A stretch of 64,000 nt of DNA from Methanothrix sp. (GTDB lineage Archaea > Halobacteriota > Methanosarcinia > Methanotrichales > Methanotrichaceae): the NCBI GenBank assembly GCA_040770465.1, contig JAXGJB010000007.1, forward strand, positions 629 to 64,628. Reading direction: 5' to 3'. A program made the translations under genes and the position numbers. Every line of letters starts with the position of its first letter. The first letter of the stretch is position 1. Below are positions 37,101 through 45,639 of the stretch, one piece after another. The notes beneath the pieces are model-generated. The model was not told the DNA's origin and did no database searches. It saw nothing but the letters and a program-made list of their open reading frames with translations.

Positions 37101-37265
37101 GAGGAGGTCGGCCTGGATCTGACCCTGGAGGAGATGGACCTCGAATTCGAGAGCTTGAAGCTGGACCCGGGGTTCGAAGATATCGATCAAGAGTTTGATG
37201 ATATGGATTTTGAGTTCCGTGATTGGGGAACGGGTATCGAGCCAGGGCGACGGGGTGTGAAGTGA
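34101..37265 (+). CDS. Secreted peptidase C25 (gingipain-like cysteine protease) with CARDB-like and additional C-terminal domains
   Basis: 1054 aa with a signal peptide. C25 hallmarks: YVIITNRAL, YVLLGGDADG, YYACLDGNYDYNGNG, catalytic His context INHLGHANV and Cys context GYSQGCYAGSFDN. Acidic C-terminal tail. Confidence 0.8.
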   Translation: MRSHVTICLTCMLLVLSVSFVLSFSSATAQSYGQGETVIKWQYRPEEPIIQVGFGGEILPTGAQNATQSIRIPGLENRIIPGEPVIPFRTARILIPFGEEIQEIKVLPGEKKNLGKILIEPGQDPLPISFPGNLTITPLNETTYSSMEPYPRDVYSVVGIQEKQGYNILYINLYPIMYIPKTKDTYYFGTFDLEVKTAPSETLDRGLFRGAPEDRSQIERLVENPGEAATYSGDIEPMGSSPLLNGNYDYVIITNRALRDAPGPYNFTALVETKRAKGLNATMVAVEDIYETYPGVDDQEKIRSFIKDAYLNNGISYVLLGGDADGSVSGGDDWDRIVPARGLWAWDYETSPPNIPSDLYYACLDGNYDYNGNGVYGEPDDGPGGGEVDLMAEVYVGRAPVDSYAELSNFVRKTIFYESVTTDPYLGEVLMVGEYLGFGGVSDWGGNSLDEIKDGSVASGYNTAGFPDDYQKSTLYDRDREWNKTELVAKIDGNVHAINHLGHANVASAMKMNADDVALLKNDRYFFGYSQGCYAGSFDNRDPDSIYMPDDCILEQFVTEPHGAFAVIGNSRFGWGRRATTDGPSQRYNRQFWDAVFGEGIRNIGRALQDAKEDNVGSVDSSSDGNVMRFCYYEINLLGDPETPFHQPFTAAHDLEVVEMDIPSYTKPERSVEARVVIKNKGAEDEKDVAVQLLEAGVVVGTEIVPDLPSGGSAEVALPWSEDVEGKYTLEARVLPVEGEEFTRDNSKDGSIEVYENRSLILLVDDDEEAEYETYYERALVANGYGYSKVDEPPSKSELSSFDCVIWFTGRDFTTALTAEDQANLAAYLDAGGSLFLSGQDIGYNIQASDFYRDYLQVEYVKDSTGIYVLDGVEGDPISDGITIGISGGDGADSQYWPSEINPITAYATPIFNYQNGGCAAVRVDTGTYRLVYFAFGFEAINSTSDRDEIMRRVVSEITKPRGDGSSLSASGEAKTGDGAGYEMLNETAEEANALSATGGEEVGLDLTLEEMDLEFESLKLDPGFEDIDQEFDDMDFEFRDWGTGIEPGRRGVK

Positions 37266-37266
37266 T

Positions 37267-38031
37267 ATGGGGAAAGATTTGGGTATGGGCGTATTGAGAC
37301 GAAGACTCATTTCAGCTCTGATCGTGATGGCGATATCGATGACCGCGATCCAAGCGGCCACCATCACCGTCGGGCCTGATGGCGACTACGCCACCATCCA
37401 GGCGGCCGTCGACGGGGCGAACTCGGGAGATACCATCAGAGTCGAGAGCGGGACGTTCCGAGAGAACGTTATCATCAACAAGAGCGTCGTCCTCCGGGGT
37501 ACGGACACAGGGGATGGAAGGCCGGTCGTTGACGGAAAAGGGGTGGGAAGCGCCATTGTCCTCTCTGCAGATCGGATCACGGTGGAGGGGCTAGTCGTCA
37601 AGAACTCCGGGTTCGGAAAGTCGGGGATCGAAGTGAAGTCCGACGACAACGCCATCAGAAACAACCTCGTCACCGCCAACAAGTGGTACGGGATTTCCTT
37701 ATCGGACTCCGACGATGGCGTCATTTCAGGAAACGCCGTCAGCGGCAACAAGTACGGGATCTGGATTTCGGCGGGGTCTGACGGCAGCAGAATAACCAAA
37801 AACGAGCTGAAAGATAACGCCAACGGAAACGCCGTCGACGCCGGATCAAACGACTGGGACGGCAACGCTTACGACGACCTGGGAGAGGATGAGACGACTT
37901 ACCCGATCCCCGGAGGGTCGAACGTCGACGAGAACCCAAGATCCATCGAGGCCGAGTCGGGGAACGGGGACTCGGAGACCTCTACGATCACGGTGACCAT
38001 CACCATACCGACGCCGATAATCGAGTCGTAG
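37267..38031 (+). CDS. Secreted right-handed beta-helix (NosD/PbH1 repeat) protein
   Basis: 254 aa starting 1 nt after the C25 stop, with a signal peptide. ITVGPDGDYATIQAAVDGANSGDTIRVESGTFRENV followed by repeated N-x-I/V-x-G-N beta-helix rungs. Confidence 0.7.
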   Translation: MGKDLGMGVLRRRLISALIVMAISMTAIQAATITVGPDGDYATIQAAVDGANSGDTIRVESGTFRENVIINKSVVLRGTDTGDGRPVVDGKGVGSAIVLSADRITVEGLVVKNSGFGKSGIEVKSDDNAIRNNLVTANKWYGISLSDSDDGVISGNAVSGNKYGIWISAGSDGSRITKNELKDNANGNAVDAGSNDWDGNAYDDLGEDETTYPIPGGSNVDENPRSIEAESGNGDSETSTITVTITIPTPIIES

Positions 38032-38212
38032 ATAGGAATCGTAGATGGAAGCGGAAAGGCGGGTCTATCCCTCGGACGGTCCCGCCAAAACTTCCCCTCT
38101 CCGGCTGCGACCTGTTTTTTCCTCCAGAAGTCCTCTGTTTATTGCGAAGCGGCCCCACGCCCGCACACCTTTTTATACACCCCCCGCCAAGAGCTTCGAC
38201 CCTGAGCTGGAG

Positions 38213-39142
38213 ATGATGCGAAGGATGCTTACTGTGACCTTTCTCGGGACGGCGGGCTCTCTTCCCACCCCCGAGAGGAGCCCATCGGCGGTCCTGATCA
38301 ACCGGGAGGGGGAGCTCGTCCTCTTCGACTGCGGCGAGGGGACCCAGCGGCAGATGATGCGGGCGAAGACCGGGATGATGAGCCTCGACTACATCTTCAT
38401 AACCCACCATCACGCCGACCACATCCTGGGGATACCGGGGCTTTTAGAGACGATGGCCTTCCAGGGGAGAAAGGACCCCGTCACCATCGCCGGGCCCGTC
38501 AGGACCTCTGAGGTGGTGGGACTATTCGACCGGCTCTGCTACTACTCTCGAAAGTTTCAGGTCCGGGCTCTGGAGCTTCTTCCGGGCGACGTCGTCCGGA
38601 TGGACGGGTACGAGGTGGAGGCGGTCAGGACCAGCCACAGCATCCCAAGCCTCGGGTACGTCCTCAGAGAGGACGCCAGGCCCGGAAGGTTCAACCGCAC
38701 AAGAGCCATCGAGCTTGGAGTTCCGTCCGGCCCTTTATTCGGACGGCTCCAGCGGGGGGAGACGGTGGAGGTCGAGGGGAGGCTTGTAGGGCCCGATGAG
38801 GTGATGGGCACCCCAAGGCCCGGAAGAAAGGTGGTCTACACCGGCGATTCGAGGCCCACTCCGGAGATCGAGGAGGCGAGCAGAGATGCTGACCTTCTCA
38901 TCCACGATGGGTCCCTCGACGACGAGATGATCGACTGGGCAGTCGAGACGATGCACAGCACCGCCGGCGAGGCGGCGGAGCTTGCCAGGAGGGCTGGCGT
39001 GAAAAAGCTCGTTCTCACCCACATCAGCTCCCGGTACTCCGACGACGTCGGCCCACTCCTCGCCGACGCCCGCCGCCACTTCGCCGACGTCCTGGTGGCT
39101 GACGACCTTATGAAGGTCGAGGTGAAGCTGAGAGATCACTGA
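38213..39142 (+). CDS. rnz: Ribonuclease Z (tRNA 3' endonuclease)
   Basis: The conserved start region is MMRRMLTVTFLGTAGSLPTPERSPSA. The metallo-beta-lactamase motif HHHADH is present. The upstream part of the long ORF (38045-38212) is Pro/Arg-rich and unlikely to be coding. Confidence 0.9.
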   Translation: MMRRMLTVTFLGTAGSLPTPERSPSAVLINREGELVLFDCGEGTQRQMMRAKTGMMSLDYIFITHHHADHILGIPGLLETMAFQGRKDPVTIAGPVRTSEVVGLFDRLCYYSRKFQVRALELLPGDVVRMDGYEVEAVRTSHSIPSLGYVLREDARPGRFNRTRAIELGVPSGPLFGRLQRGETVEVEGRLVGPDEVMGTPRPGRKVVYTGDSRPTPEIEEASRDADLLIHDGSLDDEMIDWAVETMHSTAGEAAELARRAGVKKLVLTHISSRYSDDVGPLLADARRHFADVLVADDLMKVEVKLRDH

Positions 39143-39222
39143 CTGGCGGGCGAGCTAGCGATTCAAGAACGCTTGCTCACGGACCGCCTGCGCTCGCCCC
39201 CTTTATCCCTCTTTATCCCCCC

Positions 39223-39822
39223 TCATTCCATCTTTCGTTCTTCTTGATCCTCGGAGGCCCCACGCCTCGATATCCTCTCCCTCTCCTCTTCCATCGCCTT
39301 CCTGAGGTCATCGGCCATCTCATCGTCCCTGCCGATGAGGGCGTTCTCGAGGGAGAGGGCGACGGTCTCCAGGGCGTAGCCGATCCGGCCGGTGTCCATC
39401 TTCCTCCTCTCGGCGTTCATCCCGGCCTCGAAGAGGTGGTCGATCTGCTCCTGGGGCAGCCCCAGGGCCCGGCCGGCGCTGATGGCCCGGCCGTACATCT
39501 CTTCGGAGACGTAGTAAGCGAGCCCTTCTTCGTAGAGCCTCTTCGCCTCATCCTCCCTCCCGGCCTTCTTGGCGATGAGGGCGGCCCAGAGGTAGTCCCC
39601 CTCGCCCGCGGCGATCTCAACAGCCCGATCTACCCGGCCCGAGTCTTTCGCGAGAGCGATGGCAAGCTCCGTCTCCCCCGCGCCGATGAGGAGGTCTATC
39701 CCCGGGTCCACCAGCTCGTCGTCGAGGTCTCTCAGGTTCTCGGTCAGGTAGAGGACCTGGTCGTCCCGGCTCATCTTCTCGAAATCTGCCATCGATATCT
39801 TGGTCTTGGTCAAAGTCATCAC
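39223..39822 (-). CDS. Hypothetical helical-repeat protein
   Basis: 199 aa, 10 nt downstream of surE on the same strand. Ala/Glu-rich helical repeats with an acidic C-terminus. No assignable family. Confidence 0.5.
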   Translation of the reverse strand: MMTLTKTKISMADFEKMSRDDQVLYLTENLRDLDDELVDPGIDLLIGAGETELAIALAKDSGRVDRAVEIAAGEGDYLWAALIAKKAGREDEAKRLYEEGLAYYVSEEMYGRAISAGRALGLPQEQIDHLFEAGMNAERRKMDTGRIGYALETVALSLENALIGRDDEMADDLRKAMEEERERISRRGASEDQEERKME

Positions 39823-39832
39823 CTTTGGGGTT

Positions 39833-40624
39833 TCAGCCGAGGAGCCTGGAGATCTCCGAGAAGTCGACCCTTGCGGTGTTGTCGATGGTCAGGGGGGTGA
39901 TGGAGATCTTCCCCTCCTGGTAGACGGCCCGGACGTCGGTCCCCTCCCGCTCGGTGCAGACGAGGTCGCCGTCGATCCAGTAGTAGGGCCTGCCCCGAGG
40001 ATCGGCCCGCTCCTGGACCGCGGTATTGAAGATCTTCCGGGCGAGCCTTGTGACCACCACCTCCGTATCCTCGGTGGCGTTGACGGGGATGTTGAGGTTG
40101 AGGATGTCCACCCCTGCCGGAAGGCCCTTCTCCAGGACGTTTTTCGCCACCCGCCGGACGAGGCTGCTGGCGACGTCGAACTGGTAGGCCTGATCGTTGA
40201 CGTTGTCGAACTTGTCTCCCTGGTCGACGACCTGGATCGAGGCGGTTATCGCGGGAACCCCGTAGCTTGCCGCCTCCAGGGCCGCGCCGATCGTCCCGCT
40301 GGTGGTGACGGTGTCGGTGCTGATGTTCTCCCCGATGTTTATCCCCGAGACGGCGAGGTCAGGAAGCTTCCCCTTCATCAGCCAGAATATTCCCATGATG
40401 ACGGAGTCGGTGGGGGTGCCGGAGACCTCGTACGCCTCTACGCCGTCGAGGCTGACCCGATTATACCTCAACGGCTCGAAGATGGAGATCGACCTTCCGA
40501 CGCCTGACCTCTGGCCGGAGGGGGCCGCCACCAGAAGCTCGCCGAGGCCCGCCACCCCCCGGACCGCCGCCTTGATCCCCGCGGAGTAGACACCATCGTC
40601 GTTGGTAACCAGTATACGGTACAT
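39833..40624 (-). CDS. surE: 5'/3'-nucleotidase SurE
   Basis: 263 aa with the canonical N-terminus MYRILVTNDDGVYSAGI and SGINIGEN motif. Confidence 0.92.
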   Translation of the reverse strand: MYRILVTNDDGVYSAGIKAAVRGVAGLGELLVAAPSGQRSGVGRSISIFEPLRYNRVSLDGVEAYEVSGTPTDSVIMGIFWLMKGKLPDLAVSGINIGENISTDTVTTSGTIGAALEAASYGVPAITASIQVVDQGDKFDNVNDQAYQFDVASSLVRRVAKNVLEKGLPAGVDILNLNIPVNATEDTEVVVTRLARKIFNTAVQERADPRGRPYYWIDGDLVCTEREGTDVRAVYQEGKISITPLTIDNTARVDFSEISRLLG

Positions 40625-40736
40625 CGCTTATCTTATCGGGGATGGGGGTATAAAAATGGAGCGACGTTGCGATTCGCGAGATCTTTCTTTCAGATTAAAA
40701 AGGCCGCCGTGAGCGCCGCCAGAAGACGAAGTCCAG

Positions 40737-41501
40737 CTAGGAGTCCAGGTTCAGCTTCGCATAGATCTCGGCGATCCCCATAAGCGCCCGGTATCCCTTC
40801 TCGGTGATCATGTAGTCCCCCCTCTCGTGCCGCTGGAGGATCATCCCCGAGCCGAGGAGCTTTTCGAGGTGAAAGAGGAGGTTTCCGCCCCGAAGCCCTG
40901 TCAGCTCCGAGAGGGACGAGAAGGACTTCGTCTCGCTCGCGAGGCTCTTCAGGATCTGGAGCCTCTGCCTGCTATTCAGAGGCTCCAGGATCTCTTTGAC
41001 GACCGCCTCCACCGGCAGGTCCTGAGACTCCTGCATCTTTTCGTCCTTCGTCTCGTATATCCGCATCGACCGGAGAAGCTCGATCTGCTTCTCCTGGAGC
41101 TTTGACGCCTCAGAAAAGCACCTCTCGCACCGGTCGTAGGGAGCTTTGGACCGCAGATCCGAGAGGCGCGACCTCAGCTCCTCTATCGTCAGCTCTCCGG
41201 CTTCGGAGTCCGAGTTCCTGATGAGGCCCGCGCTCTCCTTCAGAAGTCCCTGAAATCGGGTCTTGCAGGCCTTTTTCATCTCGCAGCCCTCGACCATATT
41301 CTCCTCCAGCCCCTCCTCGGCCTCCTCCTCCACGTGGTGGATCAGGACCTCCGAGAAGCTCTTCCTGAAGTCGGCGAGGATCGACTCCATATGCTCTCGG
41401 TTCGAGCGCTCCATGAACCGCTTCAGGTCGGCGTGCATCTCCCGCAGCTCCGACCTGATCTCGGAGAGCTCCCTCTGAACGGGCTCTTTCAGGGCTTCCA
41501 T
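40737..41501 (-). CDS. ArsR-type winged-helix transcriptional regulator with N-terminal coiled-coil/Cys-containing domain
   Basis: 254 aa. The C-terminal LNSRQRLQILKSLASETKSFSSLSELTGLRGGNLLFHLEKLLGSGMI is an ArsR-like HTH. Confidence 0.6.
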   Translation of the reverse strand: MEALKEPVQRELSEIRSELREMHADLKRFMERSNREHMESILADFRKSFSEVLIHHVEEEAEEGLEENMVEGCEMKKACKTRFQGLLKESAGLIRNSDSEAGELTIEELRSRLSDLRSKAPYDRCERCFSEASKLQEKQIELLRSMRIYETKDEKMQESQDLPVEAVVKEILEPLNSRQRLQILKSLASETKSFSSLSELTGLRGGNLLFHLEKLLGSGMILQRHERGDYMITEKGYRALMGIAEIYAKLNLDS

Positions 41502-41645
41502 GGCCGGGATTTATGGCCTCGATCGGCTAAAAGGTTTCCCCCATATATCTAAAGGTTATTTTTGTGTATCAAGCCGGAATTAGTACATTTCGATGACGCT
41601 AAAGTATATATTCATACCTGTACTATTAGGTTATGAGGTGAAAAA

Positions 41646-41885
41646 ATGAGCGTCAAAGATGAGATACACGCGCAGATCACAGGAGCCCTGAAGGGAGCAA
41701 AGTTTCCGATAAAAACCCCTGAGGAGCTTCTGGCGGCGATGCCCGCGGGCGCCGCGACGAAATGCAAGGCAGGCGACGTGGAGCTGACGGCAGGGGACGC
41801 CGGCAAAGTCCTTAAGGGCAGCGATTTTCCTTTCAAGAGCGCAAAAGAGGTGGCCGACGTCATCGTAGAGAGGGCGGGGCTTTAG
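41646..41885 (+). CDS. MTH865-like family small protein
   Basis: 79 aa. GALKGAKFPIKTPEELLAAMPAGAATKCKAGDVELTAGDAGKVL..DFPFKSAKEVADVIVERAGL closely follows the MTH865 pattern as I remember it. Confidence 0.7.
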   Translation: MSVKDEIHAQITGALKGAKFPIKTPEELLAAMPAGAATKCKAGDVELTAGDAGKVLKGSDFPFKSAKEVADVIVERAGL

Positions 41886-41950
41886 GCTCCAACCCTTTCT
41901 TTCTCTTATTTATATTTTATAATTAATTACATATTTGAGATATATCCTTT

Positions 41951-43693
41951 TCATCTCTGCACGCCAGTCTCGTAGGCCCGGATGACGTCGGTCCTGGTTA
42001 TTATCCCGACCAGCTTTTGCGGATCGTCGGCGTTCACCACCGGCAGCCTCCCGATCTTGTTCTCGTACATCAGGTCCATGGCGTACTTTGCGGACTGGTC
42101 TGGGCGGACGGTGATCACCTCCTTCACGGCAACGTCGCCGACGGTGGTGCTGTCCTGCTCGGCGATCGGGACCTTCCTCAGATCGTCGAAGGTGACGATG
42201 CCAGCGAGACGCCCATCCTCCACCACCGGAAATCCGTTGTGATTGAGCCTGAAGATCAGCTCTCGAAGCTCTCTCAGCGGCATCTCGGGACCGGCGACGA
42301 CGACCTCCGGCTCCATCGCCTCTCCGATGGCGATGCTCTTCAATACGGGCTGGGGCTGGTCGATGAATATCCCCTTCTTCATCAGCTTGATGGAGTAGAT
42401 GGACATCCCCTTCATCAGGATCTGGGCCGTGGCGTAGCTGAGAACGCAGGCGATGATGATGGGGGGAAGCCTGCTGTAGCTGCTGGCCATCTCTGGGATC
42501 ATGACGATGCAGGTGAGTGGCGCCCGGGCAGCCCCGGCGAAGAGGGCGGCCATCCCAAGAAGGCCGTATACCGTCGGCGACGCCGTGTTCAGGCCCGGTA
42601 GAAACGCATCGGCGAAGAGGCCGAAGGCGACGCCGAACATGAACCCGATGTAAAGGGACGGCGCGAATATGCCGCCGCTACCGCCAGACCCCACGGTGAA
42701 GGACGTGGCCAGGATCTTCAAGAGGCCGAGGGCGATCAGAAGTAGCACCGCATCAGAGAAGACGGGAAACGACTCCATCTCGAAGATCCTGGTTATGCCG
42801 TCGTATCCGACGCCCATAATCCCGTATCCGAAGAGGTAGTACCCGCTGACCCCCGCCACGATTCCGCCCGCTGCGGGCTTTAGCATCTTCGGGATATTGA
42901 GGGCCTCGAAGGCGTCCTCTACAAGATAGAAGAACTTCACCCAGGCGAAGGCGAGAGCACCGAAGATCGGGCCGAGGAGAAAGCAGAGGGCGAGGTCTGT
43001 GGTGCTGAAGACGAACTCGGGATTGAAGAAGGCCGGGGTGGGGGCGGTGAGGGCGGCCGCCACCGCCGCGCCGACGACCGCAGACATCAGGATCGGGACC
43101 GAGTCGAACGGTGAGAACCTCCTCGCCACCACCTCCATGCTGAATATGGCGCCACCCATGGGGGCGTTGAAGGTCCCGGCGATCCCGGCGGCGACGCCGC
43201 AGACCGTCAGGAGTTTCAGGTCTCCCGATCGTAGCCTGAAGATCTGGCCTATGAGGGACCCGAAGGAGGCCCCAATCTGGGCTATGGGCCCCTCCCTTCC
43301 GGCGCTACCGCCGCTGCCGATGATGACGGCGGAGGAGAGGATGAGAAGAAAGCCCACCCTCTTTCGGATCTGCCCCCCGCTCACCAGGAGGCTCTCGATG
43401 ATCTGGGGGACGCCGTGCCCCTTCGCCTCAGGGGCCAGGATGCTGACGATGGGACCGACGATCAGCCCTCCAATGATGGGAAAGAGGATCACATAGTGGC
43501 TGGGCCCGATGCCCTCCTGATAGACCCCTGAGAAGAATATGCCGTGGACGAACTCAATGGCATCTCGAAATGCTATGGCGCCAGCTCCTCCCGCCAAGCC
43601 GATGAGAATGGCCAGAAAGTCGATGTAGGCCCATCGGTACGTTTCAGATAATTTCTTGATGAAGCCTTCTCCGACGTTTCGATCTCGATTCAA
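41951..43693 (-). CDS. ClC-family voltage-gated chloride channel/antiporter with C-terminal CBS pair (paralog 1)
   Basis: 580 aa, TTG start. GSGGSAGREGP, GTFNAPMGG and GGSGGIFAPSLYIG selectivity-filter motifs, with two CBS domains at the C-terminus. Confidence 0.9.
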   Translation of the reverse strand: MNRDRNVGEGFIKKLSETYRWAYIDFLAILIGLAGGAGAIAFRDAIEFVHGIFFSGVYQEGIGPSHYVILFPIIGGLIVGPIVSILAPEAKGHGVPQIIESLLVSGGQIRKRVGFLLILSSAVIIGSGGSAGREGPIAQIGASFGSLIGQIFRLRSGDLKLLTVCGVAAGIAGTFNAPMGGAIFSMEVVARRFSPFDSVPILMSAVVGAAVAAALTAPTPAFFNPEFVFSTTDLALCFLLGPIFGALAFAWVKFFYLVEDAFEALNIPKMLKPAAGGIVAGVSGYYLFGYGIMGVGYDGITRIFEMESFPVFSDAVLLLIALGLLKILATSFTVGSGGSGGIFAPSLYIGFMFGVAFGLFADAFLPGLNTASPTVYGLLGMAALFAGAARAPLTCIVMIPEMASSYSRLPPIIIACVLSYATAQILMKGMSIYSIKLMKKGIFIDQPQPVLKSIAIGEAMEPEVVVAGPEMPLRELRELIFRLNHNGFPVVEDGRLAGIVTFDDLRKVPIAEQDSTTVGDVAVKEVITVRPDQSAKYAMDLMYENKIGRLPVVNADDPQKLVGIITRTDVIRAYETGVQR

Positions 43694-43716
43694 GACAGCA
43701 TATTAATGTTCATCTC

Positions 43717-43729
43717 AATATAAACCCTT
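43717..43729 (-). promoter_or_regulatory. TATA-box element of ClC paralog 1 (AAGGGTTTATATT on the coding strand)
   Basis: The 13-mer is identical to the one upstream of paralog 2 (45554-45566). It ends 23 nt before the TTG start at 43693, implying a leaderless or very short-leader mRNA. Confidence 0.5.
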
Positions 43730-43814
43730 AACTCACCGTCTCTAATCCTCCCTTTTAACGCTGCCAAATGTCGAGAGGAACAAGAACTGTGGATCGGAGA
43801 ATCGGAGGTTCGGT

Positions 43815-45539
43815 CTACTGCTCGGCTTCCTTTTCGTAAACCTGGATAGCGTCGGAGCGGGTAATTATCCCGACCACCTCCATCGATCCGTCGTCTTTCA
43901 CCACCGGAAGCCGGCCGATCCCGTTCTGGTGCATCAGGTCCATGGCGTACTTAACAGACTGGTCAGGAGAGACGAATATTACATCCTCGGTCGCCACCTC
44001 TTCGACGAGGGCGTCGTCCTGGGCGTTGAGAGGAATCCCCCTCAGATCGTCGAAGGTGATCATCCCGGCGAGCCTGCCATCGTCGACGACGGGAAAACCG
44101 GTGTAGTTTAACCGGTCGATGAGACCGCGGACCTCGGATAAGGGCGTCTTCGAGCTGACGGTGACGACATCCGTTTTCATCGCCTCTCCCACCGGCACGA
44201 CCTTCAGGAGCGGCTGGTTAGGATCGAGGTAGACTCCCCGCCTCATCAGCTTTATCGAGTAGATCGACCCGCCCCCCAGGAGGATCTGGGCCGTGGCGTA
44301 GCTCAAGATGCAGGATATTATCAGGGGTGGAAGCCTGCTGTAGCTGCTGGCCATCTCCGGGATCATCACTATGCAGGTCAACGGTGCCCGGGCAGCGCCC
44401 GCGAAGAAGGCGCCCATCCCCAAAAGGCCGTAGGCCGAGGGTTCGGTCAGAGTTCCTGGAAAGGATCTTGATGCCAGGACCCCGAAGAGAGCTCCGAGCA
44501 TTGATCCGATGTAGAGGGTGGGGGCGAAGAGGCCGCCGCTTCCGCCCGATCCGACGGTGGAGGCTGTGGCCAAGACCTTGAGCACCGCGAGAGCCAGGAG
44601 GAGAAGGAGGAGGGCGGTGGAGGGGTTGGATGAGATCATCTTGAAGACCAGGTTTATCCCCTCGTACCCCACCCCCATGATCCCGAAGTCGAGGAAGTAG
44701 AGGCCGATTATGCCTGCTGCAAAGCCGCCAAACGCTGGCTTCAGCTTCTCGGATATCGGAATCCTGCCGAAGAAGTCCTCGGCTTTGTAGTAACTTTTGA
44801 CCCAGAGGAAGGCCAGAAATCCGAATAAGGGGCCAAGAATGAAGCAGAGGGCGAGGTCGGAGGACTTGAAGACGAAGACCGGGTTTATGAAGTCGGGAAC
44901 GGGGTTTATCAGCTCTGAAGCCACCGCCTTTCCCACCACCGACGAGATGAGGATCGGCACCGCATCGTAGGAGGAGAACCTTCTGGAGATCACTTCCATG
45001 CTGAAGACGGCGCCGCCCATGGGGGCATTGAAGGTGCCGGCGATCCCGGCGGCGACGCCGCAGGCGGTGAGAAGCCTCATCTCCCTGGGCCCCAGCCTCG
45101 CGGCCTGGCCGATGAGAGATCCAAAGGAAGCACCTATCTGAACGATGGGCCCCTCTCTTCCTGCGCTGCCGCCGCTTCCCACGGTGACGGCCGAGGCGCA
45201 TATGATTATGAAGCCCACCCTCTTTCTGATCTGCCCTCCACGCCTCTGAAGGGCCTCCATGACGGTGGGGATCCCGTCGCCCCTCGCCTCGGGGGCGAGA
45301 CAGCAGACCACCGGCCCCACAATCAGCCCGCCGATCACCGGCAGGAGGATTATGAAATGATCATTGGGCAGGCAAGGCAGGAGATGGTTGAAGAAGAGGT
45401 CATGGACGGCGAAGATGGATTCGCGAAAGATAACAGCCCCAAGACCCCCGGCCACCCCCACAAACACTGCCAGAAGGTCTATGAAAGCCCCTCTGTGATC
45501 CTCTGAAAATCGCCTGATAAGCTCCGCCTCAGGGGCGCT
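43815..45539 (-). CDS. ClC-family chloride channel with CBS pair (paralog 2); start codon unresolved
   Basis: Same motif set as paralog 1. The first canonical start is the GTG at 45467. However, the open frame continues to 45539 and encodes ELIRRFSEDHRGAFIDLL, homologous to FIKKLSETYRWAYIDFL of paralog 1. An ATG at 45550 is out of frame. Confidence 0.85.
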   Translation of the reverse strand, partial: SAPEAELIRRFSEDHRGAFIDLLAVFVGVAGGLGAVIFRESIFAVHDLFFNHLLPCLPNDHFIILLPVIGGLIVGPVVCCLAPEARGDGIPTVMEALQRRGGQIRKRVGFIIICASAVTVGSGGSAGREGPIVQIGASFGSLIGQAARLGPREMRLLTACGVAAGIAGTFNAPMGGAVFSMEVISRRFSSYDAVPILISSVVGKAVASELINPVPDFINPVFVFKSSDLALCFILGPLFGFLAFLWVKSYYKAEDFFGRIPISEKLKPAFGGFAAGIIGLYFLDFGIMGVGYEGINLVFKMISSNPSTALLLLLLALAVLKVLATASTVGSGGSGGLFAPTLYIGSMLGALFGVLASRSFPGTLTEPSAYGLLGMGAFFAGAARAPLTCIVMIPEMASSYSRLPPLIISCILSYATAQILLGGGSIYSIKLMRRGVYLDPNQPLLKVVPVGEAMKTDVVTVSSKTPLSEVRGLIDRLNYTGFPVVDDGRLAGMITFDDLRGIPLNAQDDALVEEVATEDVIFVSPDQSVKYAMDLMHQNGIGRLPVVKDDGSMEVVGIITRSDAIQVYEKEAEQ

Positions 45540-45553
45540 TTAATGCCCATTGG

Positions 45554-45566
45554 AATATAAACCCTT
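45554..45566 (-). promoter_or_regulatory. TATA-box element of ClC paralog 2
   Basis: Identical 13-mer aatataaaccctt (+ strand) as at 43717-43729. Confidence 0.5.
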
Positions 45567-45639
45567 TATGCCAGCGGCCAGCAGCCTTCGAAGTCGGCTC
45601 AGCGAGCACATCCTGAACGATGAAAGACGATATTATCAT

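Noticed and set aside
37161-37265. PGF tripeptide in the C25 peptidase tail as a PGF-CTERM archaeosortase signal
   Set aside because: The PGF is followed by an acidic soluble segment, not by the hydrophobic helix plus basic tail required for PGF-CTERM.
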